The notes beneath the pieces were generated by a model. It made no database searches, had not been told where the DNA came from, and saw only the letters and a program-made list of their open reading frames with translations. A program made the position numbers and the translations under genes. Shown here piece after piece: positions 11,031 through 21,430 of a stretch of 34,139 bases of DNA; the first letter of the stretch is position 1; each line of letters starts with the position of its first letter. Origin of the DNA: Octopus bimaculoides (Eukaryota); NCBI RefSeq assembly GCF_001194135.2, contig NC_068987.1, positions 91,115,986 through 91,150,124 of the forward strand. The letters are read 5' to 3'.

Positions 11031-11369
11031 AGGCATAATGTTACTGATGTTGAGTATGAGATGAGGCGAAGAACAAAATGGGAAAAAGAAACAAAGAGGG
11101 AAGAGAATACAACCAAAAGTAGCAGCAGCAGCAGTAGTAGTATTAGTAGTAGTAGTAGTTTTATTCGTGCTGTTGAGGGCGTTTGATGGTGGGGGCAGCT
11201 GGAGTTGAAGAGAAACCGCCCTCAGTTCTTTCAATGAATCGCTTTTTTCCTCTGCGTTCGATTCTCGTCGAATTCCTTCTGGCGTTGATGAAATATAAAT
11301 TTGTCAAATACTTTTGAGAATTTAATCAACTATCATTAAAGCGTCGAACAGGACACAAGGGCTTCTTGC

Positions 11370-11432
11370 ATATGTTCCGGATGTCTTCGTTCTGGTTTCA
11401 AATTCAACCTAGGTCAACTCCACTTTTCATCT
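11370..11432 (+). mobile_element. Short diverged SINE family B fragment
   Basis: cgttctggtttcaaattcaacctaggtcaactccacttttcatc resembles family B cgttctgagttcaaattccgccgaggtcgactttgcctttcatc. Confidence 0.5.
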
Positions 11433-11477
11433 TGTTTTCCCGCCATTGATAATAAAATATCAAATTCTGAAGTTAAT

Positions 11478-11484
11478 TCCTTCA

Positions 11485-11515
<31 letters not shown>

Positions 11516-11790
11516 TTCCTTCCTTCTTTCCCTCCTTCCTTCCATTCTTTCATTTTTCGTTCTTTCATCTTTCTTTCTGTCATCTTTCTGTCTTTCTTTC
11601 TTTCTTTCTTTCTTTCTTTTTTTCTTTCTTTTTTTTCTTTCTTTCTTTCTTTTCTTTCCTTCTTTCCCTCTTTCCTTCCTTTCTTTCATCTTTCTTTCTT
11701 TCATCTTTCTTTCTTTCTTTCTTTCTTCCTTCCTTCCTTCCTTCCTTCCTTCCTTCTTTCCTTTCGTTCTTTCTTTCTTTTTTGTTAATT
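11478..11790. repeat. About 310-bp polypyrimidine (TTTC)n/(TTCC)n tract
   Basis: Almost purely T/C on the plus strand. Confidence 0.95.
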
Positions 11791-12020
11791 TTTGTCTTTC
11801 TGTCTCCTGGAATTAGATTCGTTGTCCCGCGTGAAGACCTGTAAGAAAACTCAGCGTTTCTTCAGAAATAAAGAATGGCTGAAAAAGTTGCGAACAATAT
11901 TTACTTAGAAAAACAACAACAACAAAACAAAACAAAGAACAAAACAAATGATGTGTTAAAGGAACTTTGTAAAGACGGACAAATGCACAGCACAGCACTG
12001 AACGGAAATAAAAGCAAAGA

Positions 12021-12243
12021 GGCGGTTGGCTGTATTAGAAACTTTTATTATTTTACCGACATTTCGTCCGTCATTTCGTTCTGAGTGCAAATTCTGCTGA
12101 GGTTGGCTTCGCCTTCCATCCTTCGAGGTGGGATGGGGGAGATAAAACAAGTTCGAGATGAGCAGCGGGGTTGATGTAATCGACTAACCCCCTCCTCGAA
12201 ATTGCTGGCTTTGTGCAAACATTTGGAACCATTATTATTGTTA
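12021..12243 (+). mobile_element. SINE family B, diverged
   Basis: Degraded head (ggcggttggc), then cgttctgagtgcaaattc, gccttccatcctt and gatgtaatcgactaaccccctcctcgaaattgctggctttgtgc, ending in accattattatt. Confidence 0.8.
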
Positions 12244-12249
12244 TTAAGA

Positions 12250-12394
12250 ACAGTCGACGTATTTGTAGAATTGGGATAAAATGATGATGAAAGTAAAGTC
12301 GACATCGGTGGAATTTGAACTCAGAGCGCAAAGAACGACGAAACGCGGCTAAGCAGTTTACCCGGCGTACAAAGGATTCTGCTCGCTTGCCGCT
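12250..12394 (-). mobile_element. SINE family B 5' part, tail-to-tail with the previous copy
   Basis: aaagtcgacatcggtggaatttgaactcagagcg...gctaagcagtttacccggcg...ctcgcttgccgc is the reverse complement of the family B head and B-box. Confidence 0.75.
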
Positions 12395-12579
12395 TTAATG
12401 ATAAGAATAATCGAAAAGTAAAAAAAAGAAACGCATCAGAACTGAGACCAAACAATCCGATTTGTTTGCACGCTTCATGGGGAACTGTGATATAAATGAT
12501 AAAGAAAATTGAATTTACTTTCTCCTACATTACATAAATATCCCACATATGGCTGTACCATCACATAACCATCCAGAGC

Positions 12580-13355
12580 AGACACACATACACATACATA
12601 CACACACATGCAGACACATGCATACACACACGCGCACACATATGTATATATGTGTATATATGAATGTATAATACATAAACATTACATACACACACATATA
12701 CACACTAGCACATTTATACACACACATACATATACGCATACATCGTACGATGCACACGGGAGTCTCAAGTGATTATCTGAATGAATGATTGCCAGATGAT
12801 ATACGGCACGCAATACGAGGTCATCCGACAGTTGTATTATCAGAGGCACGAAACTTATAGTAGCTCGCATTTAAAACCTGTTTATGTTAAATGATATCTA
12901 TCTCTCATTGGATGGAGTAATTTCTTTGATACCATCAATAGCGGAACTGTACACTATACATACATGCATACATACACACACACAGACATACATACATGCA
13001 TACATACATACATACTTACATATATACATACATACATACACATACACATATACATATATACGTGCTTGCATATATGCATACAAACATACATACACACAGA
13101 GACATACATGCATTCATACACACAGAGAGACCTACATGCATGCATACATACATACATACACACATATATACATACATACATACATATACACATGCATACA
13201 TATATATGTGTTTATGTGTTCATGTCTGTTGTATGAATATTACTCTTATTTTATTTTCAATAAAATATTTCCATTACACTTTGTCATTTTGTATCTACAC
13301 ACACACGCACATACACACACACACGCACACACACACACATACACACACGCACACA
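12580..13355. repeat. (CA)/(CATA)n microsatellite blocks at 12580-12745 and 12955-13355, with a unique spacer between them
   Basis: Visible repeats; source of the HTYIH/MCVY ORFs. Confidence 0.85.
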
Positions 13356-13950
13356 TTATAATTATATGAAAAAATTCTTAAAAGAATCTTCAAAAAACAA
13401 TGGCACAAACCTTTGAGAAGGAAGTTTTCATAGTGTGTGGAAGCGCTTTCGCTGTTTGGCAGCTTTTGAAACACATCTAGTATCGGTTAATCTGCATGGA
13501 AAAAGTTGCTTTTAGTAGCGATATTTAATTTTTGTTTATATCCTTTAACTCCTGTCCAAAATTCAATGAAAATTTCATCGGTCAAACGGGATCAATATTA
13601 GTTTATCTTTTCACAAATGAAGTAATACACTACTAGAATACTCCAAAGGCGGGTCCCTGCCTCACACATGTATATCGCAAAATTTAAGAGATTTTACACG
13701 AGTAAATCCATATTAAAAAAGAAGATATTTTTGAGAACTTAATAATTGATAAAAGTAATAAGGTATTTACATTTTTATCAAAATATGCTACCGGTTTCAA
13801 TCGCTTAAAAAGGCGATTTACTCATGCTGAATAAAAGAAAAATAAATTGAAATAAGTAGAATTAAATTAATCTTTTAGGATAGCAATTCTTAAAAAAAAT
13901 ACTTCTTTTGATAGTTGCTGGGATGTGAGGGTAGTATGTATGTACGTGTA

Positions 13951-13985
<35 letters not shown>

Positions 13986-14439
13986 NNNNNNNNNNNNNNN
14001 NNNNNNNNNNNNNNNNNNNNNNNNNNNNNNNNNNNNNNNNNNNNNNNNNNNNNNNNNNNNNNNNNNNNNNNNNNNNNNNNNNNNNNNNNNNNNNNNNNNN
14101 NNNNNNNNNNNNNNNNNNNNNNNNNNNNNNNNNNNNNNNNNNNNNNNNNNNNNNNNNNNNNNNNNNNNNNNNNNNNNNNNNNNNNNNNNNNNNNNNNNNN
14201 NNNNNNNNNNNNNNNNNNNNNNNNNNNNNNNNNNNNNNNNNNNNNNNNNNNNNNNNNNNNNNNNNNNNNNNNNNNNNNNNNNNNNNNNNNNNNNNNNNNN
14301 NNNNNNNNNNNNNNNNNNNNNNNNNNNNNNNNNNNNNNNNNNNNNNNNNNNNNNNNNNNNNNNNNNNNNNNNNNNNNNNNNNNNNNNNNNNNNNNNNNNN
14401 NNNNNNNNNNNNNNNNNNNNNNNNNNNNNNNNNNNNNNN

Positions 14440-14458
14440 CACCACCACCACCACCACC

Positions 14459-14515
<57 letters not shown>
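14440..14515. repeat. Compound (CAC)n-(TAC)n trinucleotide repeat
   Basis: In-phase switch from CAC to TAC units near 14468. Confidence 0.95.
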
Positions 14516-14516
<1 letters not shown>

Positions 14517-15569
14517 GATATGATTTATGTGAAAATTACAATGAGAAATAATCGATTAGACAAATTAGAGAAATTGTAGAATCGGTTTTGTGAATGCGTG
14601 TGTCTAATTTAATGTTAGACAGGAAAAACACAAAAACAACACCAAAAACATAAAGACAAACACCATTAATTAGCGGGTCAAAAGAAATTAACTTCGTTTA
14701 AACCTTGTCACCCAGTCATGTCATTATTAAAGCTAAATGAAAGAGATTTAGAAATCGACATGGTTTTTTTTCACTCCATAATCCTCCGTTAAGTCTAATG
14801 AAACATTGAGGGATCGAATTGAATTAGCAAATTCATATTCTGGAAATCAAAGGTCGCTCTAGACGCGTGTAACCGCTTAAAATTAATAAGCCAGCCAATT
14901 ATTTGAGGTTCACACGAAACTTATAAGAAGGGAGTGGAGCTGAGAACGAACGTAGCCTTTTTAACCTTGTTTCGCCATCTTGGCATCTGATTGTAATGTC
15001 TGAGAGAGTTTTGTAGAATTTTGCGTCTCCACTTAAGGATCAATGGGTCGCAAGGTCGAAAATGCTTCGTTAATAAAGTGCCAATACTAATCTCGTACAA
15101 TTTTACTGCGTATTCAGAGCCACCACAATTGGAAGAAGTAATTATATTAAGATAGTGTCAAAAGTTCGTCTTAAAACTATTTGGGACAGTTGTTGGTGTT
15201 GTTGTTGTTGTTGTTATCGATAGTAGGATAAGGGGATGGAGACGGGGTAAAACAGCTGAGTGATTGAATTTCAATATATTTAGAAGACTGCAAGTCATTG
15301 TGAGTGCCTTTTGAGTGAAAAAAATTGGAGTGAAGTGGGGAGGTAATAAAATGTATAATACAGTAAGACCAGCGGCTTTTTATTAATCAAGTTACACCAG
15401 TAATGAGGTGAAATAACCCATTAGCGTTGATGATAAATTCTGGTCAAGAGGTGCAAGGGTGATAACTCTGATATCCACAAATGGAAAGCAGACAAGCAGT
15501 AAAAAGTAAGTTAATCTCCATATGTTTGTAAATCTAGTCTTATTTGAAATCCTCGGTGAAGTATAGCAT

Positions 15570-15960
15570 AACCAGTATTTGCTGGATTGTGTCCAGAGAT
15601 CGGGTTGCCAAGAGCTTCCAGTTGCTTCTGTATTGTGCTGTATGCTTACACTCAGTCATGCTCCTGTCTGCAGTTCGTTCTTTTATGTCATCAGTACACA
15701 AACGTCTTTGAAAGCGACTTGATCTCTCTTCCTCAGCACTTCCAGTGAGAATGGTCTCAGGCAATGACTCCTGAAGTATTTTATATGCGAAATATGATGG
15801 CTTCGTGGACATGTTTCTCGACAGCAGGTATCTTTGGACTTTTAGATTTTCTACTACTGCAACACTGGTTAACCTATATTTCCAGCTTATTCTGCTCAAT
15901 CTGCGGAAGTTCCACATCTTATAGGTTTCTGTCTTTCTTGACAACACGCTTCAAAATTCG
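15570..15960 (-). mobile_element. Decayed RTE-clade LINE, region C-terminal to the RT domain
   Basis: ORF 15540-15947 reads KMWNFRRLSRISWKYRLTSVAVV...ILTGSAEEERSSRFQRRLCTDDIKERT...AQYRSNWK. This follows the RTE C-terminal pattern EMWxYRRMLRISW...ILxGxxEGxRxRGR..xxDxIKEW...AQDRxxW. Confidence 0.8.
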
Positions 15961-16614
15961 GTTACGTCTGTTCCGGTAATCAGGGGTGATTCGGTCAGCG
16001 AATCTTTCGTGGTGGTCAGCAATCGACGGTAAGATTAGCTGCTAGGGACCACACTATCTCAAAGCGTGTATACATGTGACTGGGGATCACACGTAAATTT
16101 GTATTCCCACTAAAACTCCGAACATGACCTCTACATCTCAACAGCGAATGATGACTACGGCTGCGCGGTCTGCGCTCTCCGACGCGCTTGCTCTCCCAGT
16201 GCGGCATTTGCCAGCTGGATTTCGGGTCTGCTGGCACAAGCATTACTTTGCCAGTTGGAACGTTAGGAAGCTGGCTTCTCACGAAACCTATAGCCTCGAC
16301 AACTGCTGACCGTCGGATGTTACAGCCTCGACTGCAGCGGCATCATATCTTTTGAAGTGATCTTATTCATTCTTATAAATGTTGTTTAAGCCTTATTCAT
16401 TATTAAAGTAATTCTTCGCAATAAAATTCCTGATTTATTATTTATTCTAAATAACAGAAACATTTTTTTTATTTGTTCAAGATTCTCTCCATCTTCCTTT
16501 ATATTCGTAATTACCTTTTTATATATTCAAAAAGTCATCCTTCACTTCTTTATTCTAACACCTACACACCTTCTCTGTCGTCATAAATCTCACTGATTTA
16601 TTCACATATATCAT

Positions 16615-16615
16615 G

Positions 16616-16652
<37 letters not shown>
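16615..16652. repeat. (TC)n microsatellite
   Basis: Visible repeat. Confidence 0.95.
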
Positions 16653-16655
<3 letters not shown>

Positions 16656-17034
16656 TTGTGTATCTTTCTTTATGTTTGTTTGTCTGTTTAATTACACACA
16701 CACAAAAATATATTTATACTGGATGCCGATTATAAGACAGAATCCAAGAAATGCGAACGCGCGAATCCCGAATTTCAAATCATCAAAAAATCAGAAAGTA
16801 GAACGGTTGAAAGGTTAAGAATATTAAATTTCAAAAGAAAAAGAATTCGAAGAGCAAAATAAGCAATTACAAGCGCCTGCATTCAGTCTATTAGTCTCTG
16901 GAATATTTATCCAATGGAATTTAAAATTTTCCATCTTCGGACTGTCTCCTGCCATGTAAAAATGTTTTTTAAAAATCACTTTTTTTGCTTGTTTTTCTTC
17001 CCTTTCTTCTAACCCTTCACAAGTGCTTGCACCT

Positions 17035-17374
17035 TTGAATAAAAGTTGTTTCAAAATGTTGAACGAAATACCTATGTTTTCAAAGGTGAATTATTCAAAC
17101 CCCAAAGAATTCCTCTCAACACATGGCTATGATCGGGTTGCTCGTGATCAGAGAGGCACATATCGTCAGCCACCAAGGGACATGCTCAACTGGTTAACGT
17201 CAAACAACTGACAAGCAAATCTGTGGTATTGAGTAGAATATTTGCTGTAGCTAATCTTTTATACCAAGACAAAACAATGTACATGATAACTCTTCCAATC
17301 ATTAAGATCAGAAGCCATGAGAGCCACTGCCTGATACTGCATTAGGGCATTTATTATTATTATTATTATTATTA
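17035..17374 (+). mobile_element. Dispersed repeat family D with (TTA)n 3' tail
   Basis: Inverted homolog of 7512-7897. Ends in cagaagccatgagagccactgcc...agggcat(tta)n, a typical retroposon tail. Confidence 0.8.
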
Positions 17375-17379
17375 CGACT

Positions 17380-17437
17380 ATTACTGCGTCTGGCGGCAGT
17401 TAAAAATGACTGAAACAAGTAAAAGAATAAAAGAAAA
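17380..17437 (+). mobile_element. SINE family A 3' tail fragment
   Basis: ggcggcagttaaaaatgactgaaacaagtaaaagaataaaagaa matches the tail at 3535-3583. Confidence 0.65.
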
Positions 17438-17796
17438 TATATATATATGTTATGTATGTATGTATGTATGTATGTGAGTGTGTATGTGTGTGTATATATT
17501 AGTACTGTTATTATTCTATATAGATACATTTTTCATCGGTGTTGTATCGTAAATGCCACAGTATTCTTACCTTCCATATACAGATCGCCCTAAACATTCT
17601 TACAAAGTCCCCTCATCTCTTTCTAATTCCCCCATGGACCTCAAAGCCCATCGTTTTTTTCCTCCAACCATTTTTCTCAATCATTCTCTTTTATTTTTCT
17701 CTATCTTTCTTCTGATAGAAGACTAACATCCGAAGCGTTACAGGCCCCTCCCTCTTTTATGCGTTAAGTACTACAGTTCCTAAAACCTATCCTTCG

Positions 17797-17936
17797 TGGT
17801 ACTTAATTTATCGACCCCGAAAGGATGAAAGGCAAAGTCGACCTCGGTGGAATTTGGACTCAGAACGTTAAGACAGACGAAATACCGCTAAGCATTTCGC
17901 CCGGCGAGCTAACGTTTCTGCCAGCTCACCGCCTTA
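17797..17936 (-). mobile_element. SINE family B, head plus central domain, 3' tail missing
   Basis: Well-preserved tggtacttaatttatcgaccccgaaaggatgaaaggcaaagtcgacctcgg...ctgccagctcaccgcc. Confidence 0.9.
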
Positions 17937-17961
17937 AAGTAATAATTTATATAAGAATAAA

Positions 17962-18060
17962 GGTGCCCGGGGCAATTGCCCTCTTTGACCCCCTATAAAT
18001 CCGGTCCTGCTCGTACCCCCTGGAATGCTATCTCGCACCCCTGGTTGGGAAATCTTGGTT
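17962..18060. mobile_element. Possible terminal remnants of non-autonomous DNA transposons (MITE/hAT-like)
   Basis: gggcaattgccc palindrome, aaatccggtcctg, and cgcacccctggttgggaaatcttgg resemble common MITE right ends (AATCCGGCCCTG; CCCCTGGTTGGGAACCACTG). No matching left end is seen. Confidence 0.35.
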
Positions 18061-18373
18061 TAAAGTATCTTTATGAGTGAATTTGCTTTGACATAAAACT
18101 TGTTTCATCTAAAATTCATTGAAAATTCTTGAAGTTTTAAGTTAGATTATGGTTTATTGTGGAGGTCTGGAATTGTCATTGATTAGATCGGGGTCTCTCC
18201 CCGATCAAATTTGTTACTCTGGAGTTTCCACAGTCATGTTGTCTCTTCCTCAGACAGTGTAAGAGTGGCCAGTTCACATGATGCAACAGTCAAACTAGAA
18301 AAACAAACACGACTGACCAATTTACAAGCTGGCTTCTTAATTTTGCCAAACGTTTATATTTGTTCTGGTTTTA

Positions 18374-18593
18374 AGGCGGCAAGCTGACTGTACAATTAGC
18401 CCGTCGGATAAAATGCTTAGCGGAATTTCATCCGTCGTTACGTTCTCAGTTCGAATTCCGCCGAGGTTTGCTGTGCCTTTCATCCTTTGGGGGGGGGGTC
18501 GATGAAATGAGTACCGGGTGAGCACTGGTATCGATGTAAGCAACTTAGCCCCCTTCCTGCCAAATTGCTGGCCTTGTGCTAAAATTTGAAAAC
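18374..18593 (+). mobile_element. SINE family B, full length, diverged
   Basis: ggcggcaagctg head, cagttcgaattcc B-box, gcctttcatcctttggggggg core, and ggccttgtgctaaaatttgaaa tail. Confidence 0.88.
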
Positions 18594-19907
18594 GAAGTGT
18601 TCTGTCTCCTCTATCGTCATCGGAGTGGAGTTTCTGCATCCCTTGTTTAGTCTTTCCATGAAACCAAATCCACCTTGGGGTACAAGGAAGAAACTTCAGG
18701 ATCGTCCAGAGAAACTATTGCACTGGCTTGTGTATTGAATACTTCTTCCTGTTCTTGCCATACGCGCATATGCAGANNNNNNNNNNNNNNNNNNNNNNNN
18801 NNNNNNNNNNNNNNNNNNNNNNNNNNNNNNNNNNNNNNNNNNNNNNNNNNNNNNNNNNNNNNNNNNNNNNNNNNNNNNNNNNNNNNNNNNNNNNNNNNNN
18901 NNNNNNNNNNNNNNNNNNNNNNNNNNNNNNNNNNNNNNNNNNNNNNNNNNNNNNNNNNNNNNNNNNNNNNNNNNNNNNNNNNNNNNNNNNNNNNNNNNNN
19001 NNNNNNNNNNNNNNNNNNNNNNNNNNNNNNNNNNNNNNNNNNNNNNNNNNNNNNNNNNNNNNNNNNNNNNNNNNNNNNNNNNNNNNNNNNNNNNNNNNNN
19101 NNNNNNNNNNNNNNNNNNNNNNNNNNNNNNNNNNNNNNNNNNNNNNNNNNNNNNNNNNNNNNNNNNNNNNNNNNNNNNNNNNNNNNNNNNNNNNNNNNNN
19201 NNNNNNNNNNNNNNNNNNNNNNNNNNNNNNNNNNNNNNNNNNNNNNNNNNNNNNNNNNNNNNNNNNNNNNNNNNNNNNNNNNNNNNNNNNNNNNNNNNNN
19301 NNNNNNNNNNNNNNNNNNNNNNNNNNNNNNNNNNNNNNNNNNNNNNNNNNNNNNNNNNNNNNNNNNNNNNNNNNNNNNNNNNNNNNNNNNNNNNNNNNNN
19401 NNNNNNNNNNNNNNNNNNNNNNNNNNNNNNNNNNNNNNNNNNNNNNNNNNNNNNNNNNNNNNNNNNNNNNNNNNNNNNNNNNNCATAATTTTTCACAATC
19501 CCTGCATATGCATAATTTCTCTTTCTTTTTTCTCTCTCCCTTTCTCTCTCTTTCTCACTACTTATATCTCATCTTCTATCTATCCTCCTTAAAATGTATA
19601 CATGTGAAAAAAATAATTAATCGGCCGCTATGTCTCCGTTGAACGCCTGTCATTGACAAGCCCAGGAAAGAGTGAAATCACGTGACCTGATAGTTCCGGC
19701 GGCCGTGACGGACATTTATCACCCGTCAACGCTATAAATACGAGTAGATTTATACACCAAAGGTCCATATGAGAGGTTCTCTCATGGTGAATAACGCAGT
19801 ATTCTGTGTTCTAAGACAACATCTACTTTTAGGTGGGTATAAATATTAACTTTTAGTATGTATGTATGTATGTATGTATGCATGCATGTATGCATGTATG
19901 TATGTAT

Positions 19908-20292
19908 GGAGGCGTAATGGCCCAGTGGTTAGGGCAGCGGACTCGCGGTCATAGGATCGCGGTTTCGATTCCCAGACCAGGCGTTGTGAGTGTTTATTGA
20001 GAGAAAACACCTAAAGCTCCACGAAGCTCCGGCAGGGGATGGTGGCGAACCCTGCTGTACTCTTTTACCACAACTTTCTCTCACTCTTACTTCCTGTTTC
20101 TGTTGTGCCTGTAATTCAAGGGGTCAGCTTTGTCACACTCTGTGTCACGCTGTATATCCCCGAGAGCTACGTTAAGGGTATACGTGTCTGTGGAGTGCTC
20201 AGCCACTTGCACGTTAATTTCACGAGCAGGCTGTTCCGTTGATCAGATCAGCTGGAACCATCAACGTCGTAAGCGACGGAGTGCCAACAACA
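19908..20292 (+). mobile_element. SINE family C (tRNA-derived, about 385 bp), full length, sitting in a (TATG)n tract
   Basis: A-box TGGCCCAGTGG (19918-19928), B-box-like GGTTTCGATTCCC (19961-19973), tail gacggagtgccaacaacaa. (TATG)n on both sides. The 3' segment recurs inverted at 31217-31342. Confidence 0.88.
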
Positions 20293-20794
20293 ATGTATGT
20301 ATGTATGTATGTATGTATGTATGTATGTATGTATGCGTGTCTATGTGTGTAAGCAGAGAAAGACAGAGGGAAAGAGAGAGAGAGAAAGAGGAAAAAGAGA
20401 ATGAGGGAAGTGAGTACGAATACAGGGAAGAGAAGACAGAAAATAAAGTAGATTGACGTGAACTTTACAGATAATTAATTCAAATTAGGTAAGAATATAT
20501 TATGTTAGCGTTAACAGAGTGTTGAATACCGCCATCTTGTTAAATGATCGAAATAAGGTAGAGAAAGAAGGAATTGAAAGAAGGAATTAAAAGGAGTTTA
20601 AAAAAAAAAAAGAAAAGCGACCGAAATGGACTTAACCTGATAAAACGGATCGAAATTCGCCTCCATTGGACTGTAAAAATAACCCCAAAACAACACAAAA
20701 ATGAACCTTTCTAAATGGTGTCCTCAGGGAACAGAGACACATAAGCTGCTGTTTCACCTCATCCGTACCCACCGACCCCACTTTCTCTACATTT

Positions 20795-20825
<31 letters not shown>

Positions 20826-20853
20826 CGATCATGATGATGATGACTATTATTAC

Positions 20854-20913
<60 letters not shown>

Positions 20914-21049
20914 GCTGTTGTGCNNNNNNNNNNNNNNNNNNNNNNNNNNNNNNNNNNNNNNNNNNNNNNNNNNNNNNNNNNNNNNNNNNNNNNNNNNNNN
21001 NNNNNNNNNNNNNNNNNNNNNNNNNNNNNNNNNNNNNNNCTATTATTAC

Positions 21050-21109
<60 letters not shown>

Positions 21110-21430
21110 GCTGTTGTGCATATAGCTGTTGTTTGTTGTTATCATCGTTATCATCATCATCGTCATTCTCATATCATCCTCTTCCTCCTCCTCTTGCTCC
21201 TCCCCATCATCATCATCATCATCATTATCAAGATTCTCTATTCATTGTAAAAACTCTTCTTCTTCTTCTTCTTCTTCTTCTTCTTCTTCTTCTTCTTCTT
21301 CTTCTTCCGCAGTCGTTGTTCGCTGTTGGTTATCTGTCACAGGTTTTCTTCTTCTTCTTCTTCTTCTTCTTCTTCTTCTTCTTCTTCTTCTTCTTCTTCT
21401 TCTTCTTCTTCTTCTTCTTCTTCTTCTTGT
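20795..21430. repeat. Compound trinucleotide repeats (ATC)(GAT)(ATT), gap, (ATT)(ATC)(TTC)n twice
   Basis: Visible repeats; source of the polyH/Y/I/L/F/S ORFs. Confidence 0.95.

Noticed and set aside
17551-17590. Strong minus-strand donor AAG|GTAAGA with a possible 19-bp micro-exon (GDLYME)
   Set aside because: Poor acceptor, and longer upstream frames contain stops.
19908-19980. tRNA-like sequence (also at 3030-3095 and the family B heads)
   Set aside because: Each continues into a shared SINE body and lacks a complete cloverleaf acceptor stem, so these are SINE heads rather than tRNA genes.
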